From Candidatus Amesbacteria bacterium GW2011_GWB1_47_19 (GTDB taxonomy: Bacteria; Patescibacteriota; Microgenomatia; CAZETR01; Amesbacteraceae): a DNA stretch of 64,000 nt. This document shows positions 39,795 to 48,920 of this stretch, in pieces (positions within the stretch are counted from its first letter, which is position 1; the number at the start of each line of letters is the position of its first letter). The notes below the pieces were generated by a model. That model made no database searches. It was not told the origin of the DNA and worked only from the letters and a program-made list of their open reading frames with translations. The position numbers and the translations under genes are program-made. Location: contig LCNZ01000007.1 in NCBI GenBank assembly GCA_001002325.1, positions 91,410 to 155,409 on the forward strand. Direction: 5' to 3'.

Positions 39795-41078
39795 TCAGCC
39801 AGCAATAGTAGATCCAGTAATAAACTTTATATATTGTTCTGCTTCGTCGCGGTAGTCTTTGAAAAGGGTGAAACTGGGAGCGGCGGGGGAGAGGAGGCAA
39901 ATTTCCCCTGATGCAGTATGATCCAGTGCCAGTTTGACTGCATCCTGCATACTTTCAGTGTAATAGTACCCGATGTTCGGGTTTTGTTTAACAGAGATAA
40001 TTTCACTCCAAATCCGGGGTCCGGTGGCGGGGAAAGCAATAAGTGTCTTTATACCTGAAGATAGTATCTTTTTTGCTAATTCGGAGTAATTTTGTTTGCG
40101 ATCATGGCCGCCGGCGATAAGAGTGGTGACTTTGGGGTGTAATGCGTCTATAGCAGCGATTGTCGCTTCAGGAATGGTCGCCAGAGTGTCGGAGTAAAAC
40201 TCAATTCCTTTTTTTGTACCTACCGGTTGCAGGCGGGTATCCAGGGGGGTGAATTCTTTGACCGCGGCGTAGAGTTTATCCTTCGGGAGATTAAGAATTT
40301 CAGCGACTTTCAGGGCGGGAATGATATTGAGCCGATTGTGTTTGCCAAGGAGTTTGGTTTTTGTAGCCGGACCGAAGTCATTAAAGGAAAATATAATTTT
40401 TTTGGCAAGGGTGGGAATATCTGTTTGAGTGATCAGATAATCTTTGGCAGATTGGAAATTGGTAATATTGTATTTGGCATTTTTATATTCCTCGAAGCCT
40501 GTGTGGTAGTCCAAATGATCCGAATAAATGGCCTGCAAAACTGCGATATGTGGGCTGGTTTGCAGATCCATCAGCTGGTAAGAAGACAGCTCTAACACGA
40601 CCCAGGTGTCTGGGGTGATTTCCGGCAGGAAATCCAGCGCTGGACGACCGATATTGCCTACCAATACTACCGGTAAACTCGATTTTTTGATAACTTCATA
40701 TATCAGACTGGTAGTAGTAGATTTACCCTTTGTGCCGGTAATACCGATAGTATTTTTGCTGGGGCAGACCTCAAAGAATATTTCCGTATGGGAAGTGAAA
40801 ACTGCACCCCTTTTTTTAGCGGCTACTAATTCAGGTTTATGGGGAGAGATACCGGGACTTTTAATTACCAATTTCCAATTTTCAATTTTCAAATAATTTT
40901 CACCAAACTGTATATGTATCAGGGGGTCGTCGGGGAGCCAGTCGGGGGTTTTTTGATCGGCCAGACCGATAATCAGTTCAGGAAATTTCGCACGCAGATA
41001 TTTGTAAGTGGATTGGCCTTCCCGGGCAAAACCCAATATGAGAACTTTATCGGATTGGGAAATTTTATCGATAATCAT
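39795..41078 (-). CDS. murD: UDP-MurNAc-L-Ala--glutamate ligase (probably MurD2 type)
   Basis: GFAREG, KSPGI, GTKGKSTT, ELSSYQL, DHLDYH, LSPAAPSF. Confidence 0.93.
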   Translation of the reverse strand: MIIDKISQSDKVLILGFAREGQSTYKYLRAKFPELIIGLADQKTPDWLPDDPLIHIQFGENYLKIENWKLVIKSPGISPHKPELVAAKKRGAVFTSHTEIFFEVCPSKNTIGITGTKGKSTTTSLIYEVIKKSSLPVVLVGNIGRPALDFLPEITPDTWVVLELSSYQLMDLQTSPHIAVLQAIYSDHLDYHTGFEEYKNAKYNITNFQSAKDYLITQTDIPTLAKKIIFSFNDFGPATKTKLLGKHNRLNIIPALKVAEILNLPKDKLYAAVKEFTPLDTRLQPVGTKKGIEFYSDTLATIPEATIAAIDALHPKVTTLIAGGHDRKQNYSELAKKILSSGIKTLIAFPATGPRIWSEIISVKQNPNIGYYYTESMQDAVKLALDHTASGEICLLSPAAPSFTLFKDYRDEAEQYIKFITGSTIAG

Positions 41079-41092
41079 ATTAAGTTTTTAAA

Positions 41093-41147
41093 ACCTCACC
41101 TCTAACCCCTCTCCTAATTCAGGAGAGGGGAACCGAAGGGGTGAGGT
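41093..41147. repeat. BoxC-like palindromic element, copy 3 (supplies the murL stop codon)
   Basis: ACCTCACC...CCCCTCTCCT AATTC AGGAGAGGGG...GGTGAGGT. Confidence 0.85.
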
Positions 41148-42477
41148 ATTGGGATTTTAATATATCTTCGAATTCCTTTGGCATGTTGGGATTATCCTGC
41201 CAGGAGGAGAGGATCCGGTCTAGTCCTTTTCCGGTAAAAGCCGCATTGGCTTCGGCGCGGGTGAGGACGCATTCGAAAGGTTTGACGGGGTTTTTGCCCA
41301 GCAGGTCATCCATAATACTTATATTTTCGGGCAGGTCAGGGGGATATGAGCCCATTATTTCCGACACTTTATCTTTACCTATAAAACAAGCCAGCATCAT
41401 GGCGGTGGAAACGCATTTGGGACAGTGTTGACACCATAAGCCTTTGGGATGGCTTTTGGGATCCAGTTTGAAGTTGGTGTTGCAGCTGGAAAAGATTTTG
41501 AAATATTGTGGATAGCGGGAAAAGATTTTGGTAATTTGGATTTCGTAGAGAGGACGGAGGAAGGAAAAATATGAGATATGAGAATTGAGAAATAAGAGAT
41601 ATTGGTTGAAATCAGTTTCAAATTCCAGTGACTTGGAATATTGATGGTTGATGGTGTGGTCCAAATATTCGGTGTTACCTTCATCACTGCTGCGCTCGTT
41701 ACTGAAGGTGATATATTTGCATTCGGTAATTTGGGCTGCCAATAATGCTTCAAATGAATGTGTAGCAGTGATAGGGACATGACCATTCAAATAGCCTAGT
41801 GAATTAAGTTCATGGAGATGGGGATCGATGGTGCTGGTCAGGATAAAAGGCGACAGGCTTGCGGTCTTGCAGACGTTTAACATCAGAGGGACAGGGTCGA
41901 CCAGGAAGGGAATAACATTGTAGTGGGGTTTGAGGAGTTCGAGGGTGACGATGGAGTCTTTGCCCCCACCGACTGGAACCAGAACTTTGTTATTCCCCCA
42001 TATTTTCTTAAATACCTCACCCTCTTCTCCCTCTCCTAATCTAGGAGAGGGATGGGGAGAGGTTTTAAAAGCGCTTAATGCCAGAAAATCCTTTTCGGTA
42101 AAATCAATTTGATTCTTGTAAAAATATTCCCCCATGCCTTTTAAAAACAATTTTTCCCAAAAAGAAATTTGAGAGGCAGACAGGTTTCCGGCCCGGATTT
42201 CGATGACGGGGGAGCAGGTGGATTTCCAGTAGGAGGGCATTAAAGACAGACCCATATGGAAGATGAGATTATCCAGGGTTGGTAGTACCTCACCCCTTTG
42301 ATTCCCCTCTCCTAATTTAGGAGAGGGGTTAGGGGAGAGGTTAATTTTATGGGTGAAGTGGTGATCAGGTGGGATGGAATAGAAAAATTTAATTTCCAAA
42401 TCCCCGTTTACTATTTCGTACTCAAACTTCTCGTAAATAAATTTGGGGTATTTATGGCGAAGTTCCTGATACTTCAT
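41119..42477 (-). CDS. murL: UDP-MurNAc-L-Ala-L-Glu epimerase MurL-like protein
   Basis: SYWK, GGGKDS, NGHVPIT, SNERS, NHQYSKS, SSCN, WCQHCPKC, KPFECV; lies between murC and murD. Confidence 0.85.
   Translation of the reverse strand: MKYQELRHKYPKFIYEKFEYEIVNGDLEIKFFYSIPPDHHFTHKINLSPNPSPKLGEGNQRGEVLPTLDNLIFHMGLSLMPSYWKSTCSPVIEIRAGNLSASQISFWEKLFLKGMGEYFYKNQIDFTEKDFLALSAFKTSPHPSPRLGEGEEGEVFKKIWGNNKVLVPVGGGKDSIVTLELLKPHYNVIPFLVDPVPLMLNVCKTASLSPFILTSTIDPHLHELNSLGYLNGHVPITATHSFEALLAAQITECKYITFSNERSSDEGNTEYLDHTINHQYSKSLEFETDFNQYLLFLNSHISYFSFLRPLYEIQITKIFSRYPQYFKIFSSCNTNFKLDPKSHPKGLWCQHCPKCVSTAMMLACFIGKDKVSEIMGSYPPDLPENISIMDDLLGKNPVKPFECVLTRAEANAAFTGKGLDRILSSWQDNPNMPKEFEDILKSQYLTPSVPLS
42014..42063. 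repeat. BoxC-like palindromic element, copy 4, in frame in murL
   Basis: Translates as TSPHPSPRLGEGEEGEV. Confidence 0.85.
42287..42341. repeat. BoxC-like palindromic element, copy 5, in frame in murL
   Basis: Translates as LSPNPSPKLGEGNQRGEV. Confidence 0.85.
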
Positions 42478-43826
42478 AGAGATTCAAATATCTGCCGGGA
42501 GAGTTTGTGGGAGAGGCCACTGCCCATCACCAGGATAACCGTGTTAGATAGAGATATTCGCGCTTCGCTAAGAGAGCGGAGATAGAGAATAATATCATTA
42601 AATTCTGGAATATAGCGGCAATTATCGTGTTTGGAGGCGGCGGTGATATCCGCGCCGGAAAAATCACCGGGGTCGGTTTCTCGGGAGGCGAATATTTTTG
42701 AAATGATAACCTTATCGGCAGCTCTAAGACTTTCGGGTAGTTGGGGGAGGAGGGTGCGCAATCGGGTGAAGGTGTGGGGTTCGATGACGGCAATAACCTG
42801 GTCCTGTGGGTGGAGTTGTTTGACGCCATTGATGGTGGCAGCGAAGGCTGTCGGGTGGTTGGCATAATCATCGTAGATCTTAACCCCATTTTTTTCTCCG
42901 ATTAATTCCAGCCGACGTCCGATACCGGAGAATTGTTTAAGAGTTGAGTTTAAGTCTGAGTGATTAATATTCAGAATTTCGGCCAGTTTTATGATACCCA
43001 GAGCATTAGATATGTTGTGGCGGCCGGGAATTTTCAGTGAGTACTTGTGTCTGTGGTATTCGAAAGAAGTTGAGTCGGGGGTAGGCTCGATATTATTAGT
43101 ATCTTTGAGTGAGTAGTAGTGGGTGGCGGGGGGTAATCGGAGCTGGGTGATAAGGGGAGAATCGCGATTAACAATAATGTGCCCTCCGGGTTTGAGGCTG
43201 TTAATAAAATTTTGATACGTATCCAAAAGATTTTCCTCGCTGGTGAAAAATTCGGGGTGATCCATTTCGATATTGTTAAGAATGATGATATCCGGGCGGT
43301 AAGAGGCGAAATTTTCGTGAAATTCGTCTGCTTCGGATATGAAATAATCGGATTTGCCCAGACGAAAATTGTTGTGCCAGACAAGGACAGTGGCACCGAC
43401 CTCTACCGTGGGGTCTAAGCCGGCAGTTTCCAATAATATTCCCGCCAAAGCAGTGGTGGTGGATTTGCCATGTGTGCCGGCAATACAAATCACGAATTTG
43501 TTTTTGTGCAGATATTTACCCATAAATTCCTGCCATTTCATGAGAATGCTTTTCTCCCGTCCCAGAGCGGTTTCGGGGTGATCGTCGTTTTGGTAAAACA
43601 CGGCAGGCGTCACAGCGAGGATGTCAATATCTTTAAGATGGCCGGAATTGTGGCCCATTGAGACAGTGATGCCAAGTTTCTTGACCTTTTCAATATAGGG
43701 TGTATCGGTTTGAAGATCACAACCGGTGACGATGTATCCCCGGGCATGAGCAATCTGGGCTACAGCTGACATACCGGAGCCGCCGATACCCATAAAATGG
43801 ATTCTGAGGGGGCGTTTTTCTTGCAC
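42474..43826 (-). CDS. murC: UDP-N-acetylmuramate--L-alanine ligase
   Basis: GIGGSGMS, AGTHGKSTTT, EADE, DDYANHPT, EPHTFTR. Confidence 0.95.
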   Translation of the reverse strand: MQEKRPLRIHFMGIGGSGMSAVAQIAHARGYIVTGCDLQTDTPYIEKVKKLGITVSMGHNSGHLKDIDILAVTPAVFYQNDDHPETALGREKSILMKWQEFMGKYLHKNKFVICIAGTHGKSTTTALAGILLETAGLDPTVEVGATVLVWHNNFRLGKSDYFISEADEFHENFASYRPDIIILNNIEMDHPEFFTSEENLLDTYQNFINSLKPGGHIIVNRDSPLITQLRLPPATHYYSLKDTNNIEPTPDSTSFEYHRHKYSLKIPGRHNISNALGIIKLAEILNINHSDLNSTLKQFSGIGRRLELIGEKNGVKIYDDYANHPTAFAATINGVKQLHPQDQVIAVIEPHTFTRLRTLLPQLPESLRAADKVIISKIFASRETDPGDFSGADITAASKHDNCRYIPEFNDIILYLRSLSEARISLSNTVILVMGSGLSHKLSRQIFESL

Positions 43827-43851
43827 TGAGGGTATTATAATGGATAACGTG
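43824..43851. promoter_or_regulatory. Bidirectional -10 element between murC and mraY
   Basis: CAC-7nt-ATTATAAT-7nt-GTG, fully symmetric. Confidence 0.65.
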
Positions 43852-44880
43852 CACTTCTATTTCGGTCTGATAATCCTGGCTTTCGTTATTACGTTCTTAT
43901 TGATGATACCGTTTATCGGTTTTTTGTACCGGATGAAATTCCAGCGTTCGGCGGAAACGCAGGAAGTGAGAAAGTCTGCCACCAGGGCTTTTTATAAGAT
44001 CAGAGAAATGCACGCCGTTAAAGTAGGTGTACCGACGGGTGGTGGAATTCTGGTTTCTGCAGTGGTGATCGTAATATTCGGTGTAGTTTTTTTGATTCGT
44101 AACGGTCAAATGATCTCCGGGCATGAGTTGTGGCGCGAACTCGGAGTGATACTGCTGACTTTTTCAGGTTTCGGAGCTTTGGGTTTTTATGACGATGTAA
44201 TAAAGATTTTCGGATTTGCAAAAACCGGCTTTTTCGGATTGAGAATGCGGCAAAAGTTTCTATTGCAGTTATTGGTGGGACTGGCTGTGGGGGCGTTTTT
44301 ATATTTTGGGTTGGGAATTGATATAATAAATATTCCCATTGTGGGAAGATATTTTCATCTGGAATGGGGGATAATTCCCCTGGCTGCATTTCTGATTGTG
44401 GGTTTTGCTAATTCTTTTGATTTTACTGACGGTCTGGACGGACTTTCCGGCGGACTTTTGATGATTTGCTTAATGGCGTTTGTGGTGATCGCCTCGAGGG
44501 AGTTGGATGAAGTGCTGCTGACTTTTATTGTTTTGTGGTTGGGTGCCCTGATGGCGTATTTATATTTCAACATCTTTCCTGCGAGGATAATGCTGGGTAA
44601 TGTGGGAGGTCTGGCTTTCGGAGCCACGCTGGCAGTTATTGGACTGCTGTCAGGAAAGACGGTGGCATTACTGGTTATAGGAGGCATCTTTCTGGCTGAG
44701 GGGATGAGCAGTCTGTTGCAGCTTTTCAGCAAGAAGTTTATGAAAAAAAGGATTTTTCCCATTGCCCCATTTCACCATTGGTTACAGCTTCTGGGTTGGG
44801 AGGAACCAAAGATCGTGGCCAGAGCCTGGCTGGCGGGATTTATTTTGGCGGTATTCGGTGTGTGGCTGGCAGTGCTATAA
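43849..44880 (+). CDS. mraY: Phospho-N-acetylmuramoyl-pentapeptide transferase (start GTG 43849 or ATG 43840)
   Basis: PTGGG, GFYDD, TDGLDGL, FPIAPFHH. Confidence 0.95.
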   Translation: MHFYFGLIILAFVITFLLMIPFIGFLYRMKFQRSAETQEVRKSATRAFYKIREMHAVKVGVPTGGGILVSAVVIVIFGVVFLIRNGQMISGHELWRELGVILLTFSGFGALGFYDDVIKIFGFAKTGFFGLRMRQKFLLQLLVGLAVGAFLYFGLGIDIINIPIVGRYFHLEWGIIPLAAFLIVGFANSFDFTDGLDGLSGGLLMICLMAFVVIASRELDEVLLTFIVLWLGALMAYLYFNIFPARIMLGNVGGLAFGATLAVIGLLSGKTVALLVIGGIFLAEGMSSLLQLFSKKFMKKRIFPIAPFHHWLQLLGWEEPKIVARAWLAGFILAVFGVWLAVL

Positions 44881-44917
44881 GTATTGACATTGTATATATA
44901 TTGTATATACTCGTCGT

Positions 44918-45205
44918 ATGGACACGGCGGTGATTAATGTCAGAACGGATCCCAAACTGAAGCGGGCTGCTATGCAAACTGCCCGGGAGTTGGGGTTTAG
45001 CTTAAGTGCTTTGGTGAATGCATATTTAATGAATCTGATAAAAACCAGGACTATTCATATTTCTGATTCGGAAGAACCGAGTGAATATTTGATTCAGGCT
45101 ATTAGGGAAGCGGAGGAAGAACGAAAAAGGGGAAAATATTATTCTTTCGATTCTGCTGATAAGGCGTTGAAGTTTTTGGATAAGGTAATTGCAGGGAAGA
45201 AATAA
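44918..45205 (+). CDS. RelB/DinJ family antitoxin
   Basis: INVRTDPKLK...LGFSLSALVNAYL; TTGACA/TATACT promoter with TTGTATATA repeats. Confidence 0.85.
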   Translation: MDTAVINVRTDPKLKRAAMQTARELGFSLSALVNAYLMNLIKTRTIHISDSEEPSEYLIQAIREAEEERKRGKYYSFDSADKALKFLDKVIAGKK

Positions 45206-45207
45206 AT

Positions 45208-45468
45208 ATGCATGTTGACTATGCGGAGAAGTTTATTAAACAATTAAAAAAGGCTTCGAAACCAGTGCAAAAATCGGTACGGGAAAGAGTTGAAATATAT
45301 ATATCTGACAAGTTTCACCCGCTCCTGAATAACCATGCACTGTCCGGAAAATATCAGGGATACAGAAGTATTAATGTTACTGGTGACTGGCAAGCGGTTT
45401 TTCGGATGATCGATGATGACACGGTATATTTTGAAATGCTCGGTACACACAGTCGGTTGTACAAATAG
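45208..45468 (+). CDS. RelE/YafQ family toxin
   Basis: LNNHALSG, RSINVTGDW, GTHSRLY. Confidence 0.9.
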   Translation: MHVDYAEKFIKQLKKASKPVQKSVRERVEIYISDKFHPLLNNHALSGKYQGYRSINVTGDWQAVFRMIDDDTVYFEMLGTHSRLYK

Positions 45469-45492
45469 GGAGATATTAGTAGAATTGGGGCG

Positions 45493-46368
45493 GTGGAAAT
45501 TGAGAAGGTGATCAAGGAGTTTGTGGACGAGTTTTGTGATTTGGTATGGAAGGAGTTGGGAGGAAAGGGAATAAAGGGAATTGGAGTAACCGGAAGTTAT
45601 GCTCGGGGTGATTACTCCAAAACAAGACCTGATGTTAATTTTGCAGTATTTGGGACATCGGATGCTGCGGTTTCATGGAAAATAGGCCGGGTGGCATCCG
45701 GTTTAAATAAAAAATATTCCCAGTGGGTAAATTTGCGTCCGGAATATCATCCGGAAAGATTTGCAGCTCCGTGGGGGAGAGATATAAATAAAACCGATTT
45801 GTTTTTTAAAATAGCGTTTTTTGATGTTAAGGAGAGGGATTTATTAATGCCCTTCGGGCGGCCGGGATATGTATTGGAAGGTCACAAATTGTCGATAAAA
45901 ATGTGGCATGGTAGAAATTTATTTGAGGATATCATTGTTACATCGAGTAATGATGAAGTAATTAAGGGGTGCAATTATATGTATTCACAGTGGGTGAGAG
46001 CAATAAAACTTACCCCTTTGGCATATGACTTGGAGCAGGATGCGGATCTGTTCTTTGGCGAAGCATTAGTATGGGGAAAAATTGCGGTTCAGCAGTATGC
46101 TTGGGTACAGGGGATAAAAAACGGACTGGATTATGTGAATGATGAGGATAGGATGAAAATATTTAGTCGGGTGCATGACAAAGAAAAACTCCGGGGTTTT
46201 TTTAAGCTACCCAGGAAAGAGCAGGAGATGGTGAATTTAATATTAGATGCAAGGAAGAAATATCAGGAATGGAAGACAGATTCCAAGATGGCAGAAAAGC
46301 TATATCAAAGTTCATATCACCTTCTAAATTATTTCTGGGATGAGACAAAGAAATTGATGCCTAAATAA
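45493..46368 (+). CDS. Nucleotidyltransferase-domain protein
   Basis: GSYARGD...PDVN motif with a helical C-terminus. Confidence 0.65.
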   Translation: MEIEKVIKEFVDEFCDLVWKELGGKGIKGIGVTGSYARGDYSKTRPDVNFAVFGTSDAAVSWKIGRVASGLNKKYSQWVNLRPEYHPERFAAPWGRDINKTDLFFKIAFFDVKERDLLMPFGRPGYVLEGHKLSIKMWHGRNLFEDIIVTSSNDEVIKGCNYMYSQWVRAIKLTPLAYDLEQDADLFFGEALVWGKIAVQQYAWVQGIKNGLDYVNDEDRMKIFSRVHDKEKLRGFFKLPRKEQEMVNLILDARKKYQEWKTDSKMAEKLYQSSYHLLNYFWDETKKLMPK

Positions 46369-46405
46369 TACTGAAGAGGGATGACTTTTTGGTAAGATGG
46401 GGGAT

Positions 46406-47641
46406 ATGGATAAAGTGAAACTGAAAAAGGAAATTAGGTGGTGGGGACAGAGGGTGAAGAATGTGTATCATTTCCTGGTATCGGCGGCGATGGTAATAAA
46501 ATACGGATATCCGGCGGGAAAACTGACAGTAATCGGAGTGACGGGGACGGACGGAAAGACGACGACATGCACTCTGATATACGAAATACTCAAGGCTGCA
46601 GGGTACAAAACAGCTTTGATTTCCACCGTGGTAGCGAAAATAGGTGATCAGGAGATAGAAACCGGTCTGCATACGACGAATCCGGATGCGAGACAGATGC
46701 AGCCTTTGTTAGCGCGAATGGTAAAGGCGGGAGTGACGCATCTGGTGATGGAGGTGACAGCGCACGGACTGGACCAATACCGGGTATGGGGGTGCAATTT
46801 TTATATCGGGGTACTGACGAATATAACCCATGAACATCTGGATGATTTTGTGGATATGAGGAGATATATATCTGCTAAAGCCAAGTTGTTTAGGGGAGTA
46901 AAGTTTGCCGTATTGAATGGGGATGATCTGTCGTTTAGGAATTTACAATTTTCAATTTACAATTTTCAATCAAATTCAAAACCCCAAATAATTAAATATT
47001 CAAAAACAAAATTAAAAAATATCAGTCCAGCGCTTTTTGGGGGATACAATTTATATAATATCGGCGCGGCGGAAGCGGTGTGCCGAATATTAGAAATTAG
47101 AAGTGAGATAGTAGAATTGACAGTAGGTAATTTTTCAGGAGTACCGGGGAGGAGGGAAGAAGTGAAGGTGGGGCAAAAATTCAGGATATACGTTGATTTT
47201 GCTCATACTCCCAATGCTTTGGAACAGATGCTAAGGACACTTCAAGCGGAGCAGGCACAGCAGGCAAAGAAAGGTAAAATAATTCTGGTTTTTGGGTGCA
47301 CGGGGGAGAGAGATAAAGATAAAAGACCTATGATGGGAGAGATTGCCGCGAGGCTGGCGGATGTGGTGATAGTTACTTCGGACGATACGAGGATGGAAGA
47401 TCAAAATGAGATTGCCCGGCAAATTGTCGCCGGGATAGAAAAGAGAGACAGAAACAGAGTAATTATTGAAAATGACAGGCGGAAAGCGATTGAAATGGCA
47501 GTGGGTAAGGCCAAACCCGGCGACGCTGTATTATTGGCAGGAAAAGGGCATGAAAAGTCTATTCTGATAGGTAAAACCGAGAGACATTGGTCGGACAAAG
47601 AAGAGGTAATACAGGCTTTTGAAAAGCAGGTTTGTCTGTGA
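46406..47641 (+). CDS. murE: UDP-MurNAc-tripeptide synthetase
   Basis: VTGTDGKTTT, HTTNPD, THEHLD, DFAHTPN, LAGKGHE. Confidence 0.95.
   Translation: MDKVKLKKEIRWWGQRVKNVYHFLVSAAMVIKYGYPAGKLTVIGVTGTDGKTTTCTLIYEILKAAGYKTALISTVVAKIGDQEIETGLHTTNPDARQMQPLLARMVKAGVTHLVMEVTAHGLDQYRVWGCNFYIGVLTNITHEHLDDFVDMRRYISAKAKLFRGVKFAVLNGDDLSFRNLQFSIYNFQSNSKPQIIKYSKTKLKNISPALFGGYNLYNIGAAEAVCRILEIRSEIVELTVGNFSGVPGRREEVKVGQKFRIYVDFAHTPNALEQMLRTLQAEQAQQAKKGKIILVFGCTGERDKDKRPMMGEIAARLADVVIVTSDDTRMEDQNEIARQIVAGIEKRDRNRVIIENDRRKAIEMAVGKAKPGDAVLLAGKGHEKSILIGKTERHWSDKEEVIQAFEKQVCL
46940..46976 (+). repeat. Heptamer array (AATTT[AT]C)4-AATCAAATT in frame in murE
   Basis: Translates as NLQFSIYNFQSN. Confidence 0.85.
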
Positions 47642-47657
47642 TAAGGTGGGGAAGCTT

Positions 47658-48752
47658 ATGAGGAGATATTTTCGGTTATATCGAACTGATCTGGGAGAGT
47701 ATATTTATGCCTGGTATCGGTATGTTTACCGCCGGCTGTACGGGGTTTTTTCCAAGTTTGAAAGGATCAAGGGCCTGATTACAGTTGTGTTGTACCGACA
47801 GCGGGGAAGATTTACCAGGCCGTTTGTGCATACCGCAATGGGCGGGTTGGTGGCCATGTCTGTGGTTCTGGCACCGGTTCTGGCCAGTTCGTTTCCCGGG
47901 GTGGATAAGGAAAGCCTGACAGACCAACAACCGGAAACGGAAATAATGCGTACGACGGAAACGGATACGGCAACCCAGGTGTCCGAGAAGGTGCGGGATA
48001 AAGTTATGGATTACCAGGTTCAAACCGGGGATACAGCATCGGAGATTGCCGATAAATTCGGGATATCTGTGGATACCATCCGTTGGGAAAACAACCTGAC
48101 CTCGGTAAATCAGATTAAACCCGGTCAAACTCTGAAGATTCTACCAGTGACGGGAGTGAAACATAAAGTCGGCAGGGGGGAAACGATTTATTCCATTGCC
48201 AAGAAATACAACGCCAATCCTCAGGGTGTGGTAGATTTTCCGTTTAATACCTTTGCGGATAATGAGGTTTTTTCTTTAGCGGTGGGTCAGGAATTGATTA
48301 TTCCCGATGGTGTAAAACCGGCAGAAATACAATGGTCTCCGGCCAGGAGTGTTGCCCAACAGACTCCGAATGCGGGTGTGGTATCAGCGCTGGGTAATTT
48401 TGTATGGCCAATCGGAGGCAGGATAACCCAGGGTTACAGGTTTTATCATCAGGGGATCGATATAGCTACAGCTTTCGGGACTCCGGTTGTAGCTGCAGAC
48501 TCGGGGAGGGTTGTTGTGTCCGGGTGGCCTGACGGATCCGGGTATGGGATACGGGTGGAAATTGACCACGGCAACGGCTACATTACCAGGTATGGCCATT
48601 TGTCAAAAACACTGGTGGGAACAGGTCAGACAGTAAACAGGGGAGACAGGATCGGGCTGGAAGGGTCAACGGGGAGGTCGACAGGGCCGCATTTGCATTT
48701 TGAAATAGTCAGAGGAGGAGTCAAACTGAACCCCCTGAATTTCCTGAAATAG
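47658..48752 (+). CDS. LysM-M23 metallopeptidase
   Basis: TM, two LysM domains, HQGID, TGPHLHFE. Confidence 0.93.
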   Translation: MRRYFRLYRTDLGEYIYAWYRYVYRRLYGVFSKFERIKGLITVVLYRQRGRFTRPFVHTAMGGLVAMSVVLAPVLASSFPGVDKESLTDQQPETEIMRTTETDTATQVSEKVRDKVMDYQVQTGDTASEIADKFGISVDTIRWENNLTSVNQIKPGQTLKILPVTGVKHKVGRGETIYSIAKKYNANPQGVVDFPFNTFADNEVFSLAVGQELIIPDGVKPAEIQWSPARSVAQQTPNAGVVSALGNFVWPIGGRITQGYRFYHQGIDIATAFGTPVVAADSGRVVVSGWPDGSGYGIRVEIDHGNGYITRYGHLSKTLVGTGQTVNRGDRIGLEGSTGRSTGPHLHFEIVRGGVKLNPLNFLK

Positions 48753-48920
48753 GGGTGGCTATGCTATAATCAGTGCAACCCAGTTCCAAGTCCTTCTGGA
48801 ATAAATTCCCGGAAGTGAAATAAACAGGGATTTTTAACTAGAAGGAGGTGATAAAAAAAGATAATACAATTGGTTAGGGTCCTTTTTACGGGGCCTTTTT
48901 TAATTGATTAACGAATTTAT

